Assembly: GCF_018350175.1 (NCBI RefSeq)
Contig: NC_058368.1
Span: 47,060,001 to 47,124,000 of the forward strand
Reading direction: 5' to 3'
DNA from: Felis catus
Taxonomy: Eukaryota
DNA: 64,000 nucleotides
Part shown: positions 48,709 through 61,456 of the stretch, piece after piece
Layout: each line of letters begins with the position of its first letter
Numbering within the stretch: position 1 is the first letter of the stretch
Notes under the pieces: model-generated
Seen by the model: only the letters and a program-made list of their open reading frames with translations
Told to the model about the DNA's origin: nothing
Databases searched by the model: none
Program-made: the position numbers and the translations under genes

Positions 48709-51700
48709 ACACGCAAGAAGAAATGGAGAAATTCTCCTTTGGTGGCTAGCCTGGGAAGCCAGACAGATTGGTAGATGAGTCTTTTCTAGGGAAGGTTCAA
48801 AGAAAGCAGAGCAGATCAACATTCCAGAATTCTAAGAGGATTTGATCTGAAACCTGCTCATTAGGAAGGGAAAGTTAAATATAAGTAAGTAAGTAAATAA
48901 ATAAATAAATCCAAGATAAATCGATAGCCCACTTCAATAAGCACTTATTAAACACCCGCGGCCTGTGATTCAAGGTAAAGTGCACAAGATCAATGCAGGT
49001 GGGAAAGTCCCTCCCTGAGTGCCAGGGAGGAGGCTTGGCTGGAAAGCTGCTTTTTGATGGCAGGACAGAAACGGCAAAGATAGAAATCAAGATGAAAAAG
49101 TGACTATCTCCCACTTTTCGCTCTTCTCTTCCACAAGTCCGTGCATCAGCCGATTTCCCACCAAAGGTAAGATATTTGACTATAGGTATGGCTGTAGTGA
49201 GAATCAGAGCAACTGCCCTTACGAACAAATGCATTTCCCGTAAACTAGACAGAAATCCTAGAAGTGGTTTTCTACATTACTCAGTTTGTTTTCCTCACAC
49301 ACCAGTCTCCTCTGTATCCCTCCTTTATCTTTGCAAAACTCAATTTGACATTGGCACCTACATTGGTAGGTTCTAATAAGCAAGAAAAAACATAATTTTT
49401 TCCCCCAAATCCATAGACAAACATTAAGTGTCAAGGGCAGATTTTTTTCCCTATAAGTTTTGAGGACCACCTACAACAGCCATGACAGCTGTGCTAATCG
49501 AAAAAGCAAACGAGGCCACAAAGGACTGTTCTTTGACCATGTAATCAATTTTCCACTCAATGCATTGTTCATTCTTGGAGACTTTAATGCCAGAATTGAT
49601 TTTAACAGCCATTATAGAAATACTTAAGTCAAAGGGCTTGCAACCTTTTTTAGCATGACCAATGGAATTTTTTAAATAGATATGTGAATAAATCATTGAG
49701 TATGATTCATATGCTTTTTTAAAAAGGTTCTTTGAGTCACTGTCCAGACATATTCTTTACAAGTAGTCAGGTGCACTAAAATCCCATACTGAGAAACAGT
49801 GCATTAGCTCAGTTTATGCTTATAAAATTATGTTTGAAACATTTGTGTACCATTTTCAGCAGCTCCCAGAAAATCCAATAGGTAATCAGTTAGCATATAA
49901 TGGATGATCACTATTCAACATGAAATCTGAGGAAGAAGTTGTGTAAGCAGTGTTGATGACAAAATGTGACCTTAATTTGTGTGCAAGGCAGACAAACCTT
50001 GGGAATGAGGAGAGATAATAAGGAAATAAGTAATTGCTGCTCAAGGTGACCAAGTTAGGAGCTCTTCCATATGAAATAAAATGTTGAAAGAATTAATTAA
50101 ATGACTTTATGTATTTTTCAAATATCCAAAAAGCAATATAAACTAACTAAAATCTCTTGCTTATTCACATTGCCTCTGACTAGAGTTACTTAAGGGCATT
50201 CCATGTCTGGAAACGGAAATGTACGTAAGATGAAAGCTAAGTCATAACTAATGTAAAGAACAAGCAATCTATTGGAAAAGGGTGCAGATTTACAGACATT
50301 TTACATGTGGAAGTTTTTATAAAAGATAGTAGAGCTTCTAATTTGTATTCTCATGGCAGACAAATTTCTGATAAATTAGTGTGCATTTAAATCATCAAAA
50401 ACAAGGTCACCCAATAATAAACTGTTTTCTCCAGGACTTTACAATTCTGTTGAGTTTATATTTGGCTGAAATGGCATAGAATTTACACCACATTATTGGA
50501 ATATTGACAGCTAAATCTCATGAGTAGGACCCATCTATCTTACTGTCTTACAGACACGCACCAGCTTCCAAAAGACCTTTGATCCTCCACGGTGCAGTAT
50601 ATCAGGGTTCAAACATTGTCATCAGAAGATGTGTGCTCGGAGTTTGTTCGGCAGACGGTTATTGTTCAAGGAGTGAGCAGTGTTGTTATAGCACGAGCAG
50701 GCATTCATCAGAGTTCTCAACACCACACCCGTTCTTAAGGAGATGTCCTTAGGTGTGAAAGGGTGCCCGAGTGACACAGGCATGACATCCATGTTAGCAA
50801 TCAGCATTTATCTAGAGTTCTGCATGCACCATAAAGCAGAGCTTTAATTCCATTTTTGGTTTCAACTAGGAACAAAGAAGGTGGACAAAGGATGATGTCT
50901 TTTCTCATCTTTGTTCAATGTCAATGTTGAGCACCATTCATTTATCTTTCAGCTCAATGTGCCTTCTTCCTAGGTTTCCTATTCAATAAAAGCAAGAACA
51001 AAAAAGATACCCAGTGTAAAATCATTTCAGTTTCATTCCAACAAAATTTAGAGTTAAAGTCCCTAAAAATGTTCATTCTTAACATGCGCATAATCCCATG
51101 AGGGGGGAAACAGTGTATTTATTGATTTAATGGTCAATAAAAACTCACAAGTTGAATGCACTGTGAACTTGCATCTGATATTGTGAAAGTTACTGATATT
51201 AAAAGTGCATTAAAAGTCATTTATAGAAGATATTGAGTGAAAATTTCAGGGAAGGTAAGAGTTTGAATTATTTTCTCTTTGAAGATCAAGAGAATAAGTC
51301 AGCTTGACTGATAATATTAGATGATTTAGAGTCATGAAAAAGATCTATTAGAGCATGCATTAAAAATGGCCTCACACCCCTCCACAGGGCCCAACCGACA
51401 CAGGAAGCAATCTCAAACTGGAAACTTTCAGTACTCTTCAGGGAGTTGACTTGGTAATTTGTAGTCTTAACCCTGATTGTATAAATGAAATACATTTAGA
51501 AGCCTCTTAATCTTCATTTGGGACAAAGTGTGTTCTTCAAAAATCCAAATGTGTTTTTCTCATACAATATTCCCTTTGTACACCCTCTGTCATTTCACCC
51601 TGAAGGGCAACGTGTATTTTTGACTGAATCTGCAGAATGCTAAATATAGGTTCAGCCATGTAAATATTCAGACATTTCTGAACTTTTTGGTAGTTCGGTC

Positions 51701-52259
51701 AAGTACTGAAATAGCGGTAACGCACATTTCTGCATTGGGTGGTGATATTTTGGATGGAACGAGTTATGTTCTCTTGTTCTTACATCATCTTAAAAGTGAT
51801 TTGTGTACACTGACCTATGTTTCATGAGCTTCAATAAATACTCGAAATTTTAAGGTTACAGATGTGGGGAATATTCAGGACAGTTATCTACAGGGTTCTC
51901 AAAGAATCTTTGTCAGCCAGATAGTTACCGACTGAATGCCTTATTTCTAAATGAGAAAGCACCAACATCAATGATGTATAAACCTCCTCTTTTTTATAAG
52001 CAGGTAAATGCCCAAATTCTCGCTGACAAGCTTGCTGGATTAGTGATCCATGCAGGCACAACAGCAAATAGTACAATACTTGGGCTACTGTTAGGAAATA
52101 GAGCACAATTAAAGATACAAAGGCAATTCCCTTAATTTATACCCCAAGATGACCCTGCACTTCTTACCCTTTTAGACAAACTCCTATGGATAAGATTACT
52201 CCATTTACAAACCTAAACTTCATTGGTTAATAAAACTGCAAGTTCAATTGTAATTGCTT

Positions 52260-52440
52260 TGCGATGCTTTCTACATGATAAGCGCTTTCCATATCTGATG
52301 TTTTTAATCTTCGTAACTCTATGCACCTACTATCGTCATCATTCCCACCGTGCAAATGAAGAAACAGAAGCACAAAGAGGTTCAGTAACTTGCCCACAGT
52401 CTCACAGCCAGTAAGTACTAAGTCTGCACTTCCAGTCCTG
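52260..52440 (-). mobile_element. MIR SINE
   Basis: caaatgaagaaacagaagcacaaagaggttcagtaacttgcccacagtctcacagccagtaag. Confidence 0.8.
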
Positions 52441-52448
52441 CTATGGAC

Positions 52449-52636
52449 TTTTGTTTTTTGGTTTTTTTTTTAGAGAGAGCTTGAGTTGGGGGGAGGGGTA
52501 GAGGGAGACAGAGAGACAATCTTAGGCAGGCTCCACGCTCAGTGCAAAGCCCAACTCAGGGCTTGATTCCATGACCCTGGGATCAGTTGAAATCAGGAGT
52601 CGGATGCTCAACCAACTGAACCAATCACGTGCCCCT
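52449..52636 (-). mobile_element. CAN-SINE
   Basis: Antisense SINEC body ending at cgtgcccc. Confidence 0.88.
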
Positions 52637-52878
52637 GACCTTTCTTTTACTGGCCAGTCTTTCTTCTGCTTTTGCTTCCAAAGTTGTATAAAGCTGTTGA
52701 AATATTGGTTAACTTCCAAAGAGATTGTATTAATAAGCACCTAGTTTAAAATCCTTTTTCCTGATCAAACTGCTATCTACCACCACGAACAGACCTGCTT
52801 TACTTCTCTCATTTCTTGCTAAACCAAACACATCTCTCACTTAAAGATATCTTATGCTTGCCCTGCATGACCTTGAGG

Positions 52879-52969
52879 GTTTTTTTAAAGTTTTATTTAT
52901 TCGAGTAATCTCTACACCTAACATGGGGCTCAAACTCACAACCCAGAGATCGAGTCAGCCAGGCACTCC
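52879..52969 (-). mobile_element. Short old CAN-SINE fragment
   Basis: gagtaatctctacacctaacatggggctcaaactcacaacc...agccaggcac. Confidence 0.75.
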
Positions 52970-53077
52970 TGTATGAGGTTGACATTTACTGCCATTTAAT
53001 CCGAGAATTATGAATAGTGACAATAATATATGGTTTCCCATTGTTGTAATTAGCATTTTAGTTTGAGTCTAAAAAGA

Positions 53078-53306
53078 TTTTTTAATAAAGTTTATTTTTA
53101 GTTAGTTTTCAGAGAGAGAGACAGAGACAGAGAGAGAGAGAGAGACAGAGAGTAATCAGGGGAGGGGCAGACAGAGAGGAACACAGAACCCCAAGCACTG
53201 ACAGTGCAGAGCCCGATTCAAGACTCGAACTCAGGAACTGTGAGATCATGACCTGAGCCAAAATCAAGACCCAGACACTTAACCAACTGAGTCACCAAGG
53301 TGCTCC
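53078..53306 (-). mobile_element. CAN-SINE
   Basis: Antisense SINEC with (AG)n tract. Confidence 0.9.
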
Positions 53307-53317
53307 TCAGAGAGATT

Positions 53318-53707
53318 TGTTCTGTGAAAATACGTTAAGGAAGCCTAACTCAAACTTGGCTTCGGCAAGCCACGAAGGGAGGGTTCTCAAGAGCGCCACT
53401 GGTACCACTCTTTGCAGCTTCCAGAGTCCAACCAGAAGAAGGAAGGGTTTCTCTCTACCCAGCAGAAGCAAGTTGCCCCCTCCTCCCCCGCAGCAGCCAA
53501 TGAGAAGCCACCACCACCTCCATTTCTCCTTTTCCTCCGAGAACTTTTGTTGAGAACAATCCTCCCCAACTTCCCCTTTTCCTCTGTAAAAGGGGGCTCT
53601 CCTCCTTTGTTCTCTGGCCTGGCCTGTGGCTGACCCCAGTTGCTATTCCTGAACAAACTTGATTTTGCTGGCCGAATCACTCACCTTTTTCTTTTTAAAG
53701 GTTAAGA
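53318..53707 (+). mobile_element. Solo LTR, carnivore ERV1-like (family not assigned)
   Basis: Starts tgttctgtgaaaata; CCAAT at about 53497; TATA-like tgtaaaag; degenerate polyA (gaacaaac); ends ...ttttaaaggttaa. TSD not clear. Confidence 0.6.
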
Positions 53708-54099
53708 GTTCCTTTTTCTTTCCTGGGACTCTCATTTTCAAATGATCTTTTTTTGTTTCAAATCATTATCTGGACTTGAGGATTACCATCCTCCAACTTG
53801 GAGGGAGCAGAGCCGGGTAGAAAGGGAGACATTTCCAAAGGCTGCCCAGCACCTGTGTATTATACCACAGTCAAAAAGCGTCTCCGTTTCTCTCCTTTGT
53901 GACCAGGCCTGGCCCTGCCTCGTTGGGATGTCAGGGAAGGAAAAAACGGTGAGCAATCTTAACTTCTGGCACACACCCAGGCAGAAAGCCTAAAGGTCTC
54001 ATCTTTAAATCAGCAGTGAACGGTGCCCTATGAGGCAAGCAGCATTAGTAATGCAAAAGCTTTACTTTAGAAAACCGTTTAGGAAAATGAATGGTGCAC

Positions 54100-54720
54100 C
54101 TCAAGAGTGGGGGCAAGTGTAGAAACGACTCCTCCTACCGAGGCCAGCCACGCCCACCTGTCTCCAGCCACGTCCCTTCTTCTCACAGTGAACCCCGTCT
54201 TTCTTAACCACCCCCCCAAATTTTCCCTTTTGTTCTCAAGACTTTCGCCCCCAGTCCGTGAGATAGAGCACATAAAATCACAGAAATCACTAGAGCGGAT
54301 AATCAAGATAATAGTTTGTCCATAGACGTTAGTCCTAGTTTATATATTGTTGAAAATGTTGTCGCAAAGAGGAGCGCAGCCAGGTGTGGCTTCGTGCCCC
54401 AGGAGAGACGAGGCGAAGGCTGCAGGTAGCTCTACCGGCTGGGTCGGAGTCCAGCCAGGTTAGAAGAGTACTTCCCTCAGAGCAGAGATGAGGGACTGAT
54501 GGCCTAGCAATCGAGACTGCTGTGCAGGCAGATAACTGGCACCCTGCGCCATAGCGCGCGGCCTCCCAGCCAGAGCATCAGAACAGGTCGGCGGGTTGAG
54601 TTGATAAACACCACGCATCACCAGACAGGCTCTCAGCAATGCCTGTGGACAGCGACTTCTTGAAGTGGTCAGCTTCCAGGCCTCATTTGTTCCAGCTGGC
54701 AAAATCTGAACCATACAGAT
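54100..54720. promoter_or_regulatory. Locally GC/CpG-rich unique segment; candidate enhancer
   Basis: CpG cluster (e.g. gcgccatagcgcgcggcc) in an otherwise CpG-poor window, with GATA, GFI1-like, KLF and E-box motifs. Motif inference only. Confidence 0.35.
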
Positions 54721-54929
54721 AGAAAAGGATTGTGTGCCCCTTACTAAAAAAAATTGACCGTAGTTCCTGTAGGTTTTACAAGATATATATTATAAAGGAG
54801 TCCACACTGATCTCACTTACAAAGTAGACATTTCTGCAAGAAATACATAAACCGGATCATATTTTTAAAACTCAATGTCTCTTGAGTTTCAACTTTGCTG
54901 CCTTAGTCTTCCAATGCAAAGTATTTTCT

Positions 54930-55128
54930 TTTTCTTTTTTAGTGTTTTTTAATGTTTATTCATTTCTGAGAGAGAAAGAGACAGAGAGAGCAAAAGGAGG
55001 AGGGGCAGAGAGAGAGGGAGCCACAGAATCTGAAGCAGGCTCCAGGCTCTGAGCTGTCAGCACAGGGCTCAAACTCATGGACCTCCAGATCATGACCTGG
55101 ATCACCAACTGAGCCACCCAGGTGCCCC
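54930..55128 (-). mobile_element. CAN-SINE with two small internal deletions
   Basis: TSD aatg(c/t)aaagtattttct at 54913-54929 and 55129-55145. Confidence 0.93.
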
Positions 55129-57994
55129 AATGTAAAGTATTTTCTCAGGACTTTGTGAACCCTTTGGTATGACTGTGTTCGGAAAACTGGAGAAAAGAAA
55201 AGACAGTCCTATTAAAGGGCCACAAGCACAGAATCCATTTCATATTAAAACGTTACGATGTTTAAGTAAAGACTTGTTACAGGAGGAAGTAAAATATGTT
55301 TAATTTTTTACTGTTCTCCAAAAATAGCAAGTGATTTTGGTTGTGAGATAGCCTCTCTGAAATGCCTATAATAATTTTTACTAGCATTGCTTGCTTTTTG
55401 CTTCAGCGTATCTATTTCCTCATATATTACATTATTAATATTAAATTGCCAAACACATTTTACATGAATTTTTCAATCTATGTCTTAAATATTTGGGCAA
55501 AATCATATAACATCTGTCCCAACTATTCTATACAATAGAAATTATAGAAAAAGCACTCAGAGTTGAAATAAAGGCAGCATAAGCTTAAATTATAATCACA
55601 ATGTGAATTGTGATTAATTCCATTTAGAATATAATGTGATAGGTGTGAAAATTATGAGGTATAAAATCTTTCACCTGAAAACATTCTCTTGAATTTATAA
55701 AATAGTCAAATTAAGAATTCATCTATGTATTTCTTTTCTTCATTATGCTTTTCTGAATTGTCCAACTTTTATAAAACATAAATACTTCTTACTTTTTAAA
55801 AATTAACAAAAATATCAAACAAATAAATACTTTGTAATGTCCCTCTGCCTTTGAAACCTTCAGCAAAGAAAATCCAAATTCACATTTAAAGAGACCACTA
55901 GACTTCCATTTCTGACCATACAGTAGACTGGGTTATATATATATATATATTTTTTTCCATGTATGATACATTTACTAATAATAGAAACCTATCTCTCACT
56001 TTCATCATCTTAAAAACTTGGTAGTAAACTTTAAGCCACATCCCCCCATCTTTAATTGCACAAAGTTGCACAAACCTTTCTTTGCTGTGGTTTCTTATTC
56101 TAAATAACAGGCTCTCTTGAACCTTCCCTGATCCTACTCTGTGAACAGGTTGCCTTGATTACTATTACTACCACATAATAGAATCCACATAAAACCTGAA
56201 TTGACAGGTGGCTTGCCTCAGTTTCATGTGTATTTACATTTATTCCATCAACATGAGATTTCCAAAGAAAATAAAATTAGAACTCACCCCAAACTCGAAA
56301 TTGCCTTTCCGTTTCCTATTATTTAAATAACTTGAAAAGCACTATTCAGCAAGGAATTTTGCTTACAACGAAATGGTAGAAAACACAGAAACAAACAGCT
56401 AGCTATTTATTTCAGTCTTCAGCTTGCTTTCGTTTTTAACTCTTCCATAAGGAGCCCTTTCCAACTCTCACTCAAAAAAGTAAGCAGCAAAAATAGACAT
56501 CTCATCTCTGTTTTAAATGAACAAATAAATAGCTTTGCTTCCTTTCTTATCATCAATTATTTCTTTTAAGTTCATCAATGGTCTGACTTTTGTACTTTGT
56601 ACACGTATCAAGATCGCAAAGGGACTCTCTTTCTGATGCAGACTGCCATCACTCGTCACTGTCATCCATGCAAGATCCTATACAAGTAGTTGGCATCCAG
56701 AACAGCTTTCCATATCTTTCCACTTCATCAAATCCCCATCATTTTCTAATCACACATGAGAGCATCTTTTTTCCATCTCAACTATTAAATTTTCTTTTCT
56801 TCTGTTCATATTTAATTCCAATATTATTTTAACTCTGAAATGTTGTCAGTTGTAGCATGCATATAAAAAGCTATGTAAATGAAGCATTATTGTGTAGATA
56901 ATGCATGTGAATAACCGTGCAGAGGCTGTGCAGCCAAACCAGAGATGCGTGTAAGGGCACCCCATCCAAAAAGGACTGGGAGTATCCATTCTGCCTAACT
57001 TCTGACTGACGTCTCTGCTCTGCAAGTTGCCTTTACCTGTGTAGATGAACATCGTTAAATGACAAACAGAGAGTTATTTTGATGATACACACAAATATGC
57101 AGAAAGGAAGTGCTTGCAATACACGGTTGCCCAAACTGAAGAACTCCTCTCTGTGAATAAAAGTACTTAGCAGTCCTATCAACTGCTTTGTTCTTATGCT
57201 AAATCATTTCTGCTACTTGCTAATGGGTCAGTTAAAATCACTTTCATTTCTACCTAGCCAGCAAATTCTAGTTCCTCTCTGCAAATGAGACATTGGCTAT
57301 TTGACCTCATAAGAAGAGTATCATGAGAGTTTGGGGGCAGATGATTTTCTAATGTTAATGATAGGAGACCTAGATTTCTAATTGATCTCAAGCTTTATTT
57401 AGTGAAAATACATATTTGTATAGGAATATAAGGACTTATCAAATGCTGAATTAAATATTTAAACATAAATCTGTGTTTGCTGTCTCAAAGTGTTAGAAAT
57501 TCTTTTCCCTTTACTTACATGGGTGCCATAAATTTTACTTTGAAGTGTACAGGTACTCTCTTTTTCCTACAAATGAGGTCATTATTGATTGGCCTAGGAA
57601 ATGGACTCCAGAATGTTCATTTAAACTCCACTCCCTTAGGAAATTATAACATTTTCATAATAATAATAAAAATAAAAATACTTTTAATACAGACTTGTAT
57701 GTTTCCTCTCCTCTGTTCTTTTCTGGAAGTGTCTTAAGCATAGCCTAGCTTTAAAAAAAAAATTAAGAAGACTTGAGTCAAAATAATCAATTTTGAAGTA
57801 GTAATATCAATTTCCTTGGCAGAGTTGTTGAATAGAGTATTTATTGACTGTGAATGTAAGTTACTAAGAAAAATTAGTGATATTAGCAAATGGTTGTACT
57901 ATGCAAATCCCTATGATAGGACAATGGCTCATCATTCACAGGACAGTCATGAAAAACATTTTTGAACAGTCTGAAATGATATGCATTGTTTCTT

Positions 57995-58617
57995 TTTTTA
58001 TATATTAAATATAATTTACTGTCAAATTGGTTTCCCAGTGCTCATCCCAACAGGTGCCCTCCTCAATGCCCATCACCCACTTTCCCCTCTCCCTCAACCC
58101 CTCCCCATCAACCCTCAGTTTGTTCTCAGCATTCAAGAGTCTCTTATGGTTTGCCTCCCTCCCTCTCTGTAACTTTTTCCCCGCTTCTACTCCCCCATGG
58201 TCCTCCATTAAGTTTTTCAGGATCCACATATGAGTGAAATCATATGGTATCTGTCTTTCTCTGCCTGACTTATTTCACTTAGCATAATACACTCCAGTTC
58301 CATCCATGTTGCTGCAAATGGCCAGATTTCATTCTTTCTCATTGCCAAGTAGTATTCCATTGTAGATATAAACCACATCTTTATCCATTCATCAGTTGGT
58401 GGACATTTAGGCTTTTTCCATAATTTGGCTATTGTTGAAAGCGCTGCTATAAACATTGGGGTACAAGTGCCCCTATGCATTAGCACTCCTGTATCCCTTG
58501 GGTAAATTCCTAGCAGTGCTATTTCTGGGTCATAGGGTAGGTCTATTTTTAACTTTTTGAGGAACCTCCACAATGTTTTCCACAGCAGCTGCACCAGTTT
58601 GCATTCCCACCAGCAGT
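57995..58617 (-). mobile_element. Young 5'-truncated felid LINE-1 (L1_Fc-like) 3' end
   Basis: ORF 58217-58627 is an open ORF2 C-terminus ([39 protein letters not shown]...). TSD tgat(a/t)tgcattgtttctt at 57977-57994 and 58618-58635. Confidence 0.95.
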
Positions 58618-59151
58618 TGATTTGCATTGTTTCTTACCTTAGGATCTTGACTTTGAAAAATCTCAATTGACTTAAAAATGTATTCAACCTCCTTACTACT
58701 ATCCTTAGTTTAAATTTAAAGAAAAAGATCTAAGACTTCTACATTAGGAACTGTAAGACATTCTTCTTTCCTCTTCCCATTTCACCAACTGCATGCTGAA
58801 GGTGACTCAGCAAACTTCCCTGAGGCCCTTACACTTGGGCTCTTTATGTTTGAGAACCTGAGTTATAGGAAAACTTTGGTCTAATGGAAATCATTTGGCT
58901 TACTATTATCTTACATTAATTTACATGGCCCCATCAGTGTGCCCGCTGATGGCAAGTCTCTTTTTGTGCTAAGTTATCGGTATCTACAAGATAGACAGTT
59001 TTTATTATTCTTATCCTTCTCCTTGCCCCCTCTTCCAAAATTACTTTCATTCACTCCTGGAATTTCCAACGTTTGTTGTAAAATCCTCCATGAAAGCATT
59101 CTTTTAAGAATGTAAACATTACCTGGTGAACATTTAAAGATATTCTCTTTA

Positions 59152-59371
59152 GGGGCGCCTGGGTGGCGCAGTCGGTTAAGCCTCCGACTTCAGCCAGGTC
59201 ACGATCTCGAGGTCCGTGAGTTCGAGCCCCGCGTCGGGCTCTGGGCTGATGGCTCAGAGCCTGGAGCCTGTTTCTGATTCTGTGTCTCCCTCTCTCTCTG
59301 CCCCTCGCCCGTTCATGCTCTGTCTCTCTCTGTCCCAAAAATAAATAAACGTTGGAAAAAAAAAAACACTT
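59152..59371 (+). mobile_element. Young SINEC_Fc-type CAN-SINE
   Basis: Near-consensus body. TSD aaagatattctcttta at 59136-59151 and 59372-59387. Confidence 0.96.
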
Positions 59372-59411
59372 AAAGATATTCTCTTTAGATCACTTCTAAA
59401 ATGCCCACCAT

Positions 59412-59660
59412 GGGGTGCCTGGCTGGCTTAGCCAATTAAGCATCTGACTTTGGCTCAGGTCATTATCTCACAGTTCATGGGTTCAAGCCCAGGGTTGGGC
59501 TGTGTGCTGACAGCTCAGAGCCTGGAGCCTACTTCAGATTCTGTGTCTCCATTTCTCTGTCCCACCCCAGCTCACGCTCTGTCTCTGTCTCTCTCAAAGA
59601 TAATAAATAAACATTAAAAATAATAAGATTAAAATAAAACTAAATAAAACAAAATAAAAT
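59412..59660 (+). mobile_element. CAN-SINE with (TAAAA)n tail
   Basis: Degenerate TSD aaaatgcccaccat / aaaatgcctgccat. Confidence 0.93.
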
Positions 59661-61321
59661 AAAATGCCTGCCATGCCATGATTGGCCACAGTCAAACTGT
59701 TCCTGGCACTATGGTCAGAGCTTGGTGTCAGAACAAAATTGACCATGCTACTTCTCAGACTAGGCTTTTTCAATGACCCCCCTCTACACTTAGGATAGAG
59801 CAGCAAGCTTGTTACCATAAAATGTAAGGCTGTTCAAAACGTGACCTTCTACTCAAAGGTTACTAACTATTGGCAACCTTAACTGATACTTCCCACAAGC
59901 TTTGGTACTCTTCCTGCCCACAGCAATGTATACATACTTCTGTTGTGCTACTCATAATTTTGATTGCAATATTCAACAAGTTGTTCTCTCACATCTTCCT
60001 GTTATCCCTAGTAAGTTATTCATCTATATTGCTTCAGCAGCTAGAACAGTGCATGGCACAGAGTAGCCATTCAGTTCCTGGTGGACAGAATCTGGCATGC
60101 CAACATCATTTGTCGACCACAAATTTTGCTGCCAAGTCACCGTCCTTTGTTCCTTTCTTCCTTCAGCCAGCAAAACGTATAGAGTGAAAATTTATTAAGA
60201 ATATTTATTTCTTATATAATTGATTGGTATTTAAACCCTTTGTACCACTTCTACATTCTTTCCCCCATAGCAGTCATTTTTAGTCTTTTATTGGTTACTT
60301 TTATAACGTTGAATAATATGTAAATGGCTTTACTTCTTGAGTCATCAGTAGGCCAATTTCCTGACTCCCTGCAGTGAAAAATAAGGATACCAGACCTCCT
60401 TTCTTTACCTGTAACTTTCCTTTCCTCCTTTCAACTTCCAAATTCAGCCATATGGGCTTTTCTTTTAATAAGAGTAATGGCATTTATGTTCTGTACTGTA
60501 AAGCATAATTATGTCCCTCAGCATAATTTTTGTATATACAAAAATCAATGGCTCTATTGTTATGACTGTGTAAATATTATGCACTATATAACCAATAATG
60601 TACTACGATTGCATTTCCTTTTTTGCACAGATTTATCATTTTGCTTTGTTTTTCTGGTTTTTTTTTTTTTTTGCTTTGTTTCTGGAGTTTCTATGTGAAA
60701 TTTTTTTCTTATATTGACTGTCCTTATTACTTCCTTAAATTGTTCTATATTTTCAAGGATAACATTGAATAGAGATAAAGGTGAATATCTGGGATTCTCT
60801 TTTTTTCCCAGAAACCTCTCTCCAGTCCCATACCCATCTGAACTCACCACTCTCCAGAGCTACTGCACCACTAAATCTTGAGTCAACCTTCAACATGCTT
60901 CTAGATTCTACATCTTCCGCTTTCCCGGTTTAAATGCCTGGAATCTATCTTCCAGGAACTTCTAAAGAAAAGGAGATAAATCTGTGTGCCTTTCAGACAT
61001 AAAAATATGTCTCCCCTAGCTTCAGGTTTCATGGAGAGATTAGCTAGGTATGTAATTCTAGATTGAATCATTATTTCTCAAACCTTCAAATGCATTGTTG
61101 TATTAATTTCTTGCATCCAATTATGCAGATGTGCAGTTGATGCTAATCTGTTATTTGTTGTTTTATAACTGAACTGTTTCTTTTTGAGAAGCTTTTTAAG
61201 TCATTACATTACCCTTGGTGTTGTGACAACCTCACCATTATGGGTCTACGCTTTTCCTCCCCCACACAATGTTATGTTAGGTATTGATGCTTCTGTTTAA
61301 GGAAATTGTCTTTTATTACAT

Positions 61322-61456
61322 CTTTTTCTCTTTCTTAAATTGGTTCCATGCCCAGTGCAGAGCCCAGTGTGATGCTCAAACCCATCACTCCCAGACCAAG
61401 ACCTGAGCCGGGATCAAGAATCAGACATCCAACCAACAGAGCCACCCAGGTGCCCC
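61322..61456 (-). mobile_element. Short CAN-SINE within an old antisense L1-like remnant (about 60200-61650)
   Basis: gacctgagccgggatcaagaatcagac...gagccacccaggtgcccc. Confidence 0.8.

Noticed and set aside
53317..53680. Three overlapping ORFs in a GC-richer patch
   Set aside because: They lie inside a solo LTR; low-complexity Pro/Gly translations.
55593..55616. Perfect 10-bp hairpin taatcacaat-gtga-attgtgatta
   Set aside because: Short and AT-rich; too small for a pre-miRNA and plausible by chance.
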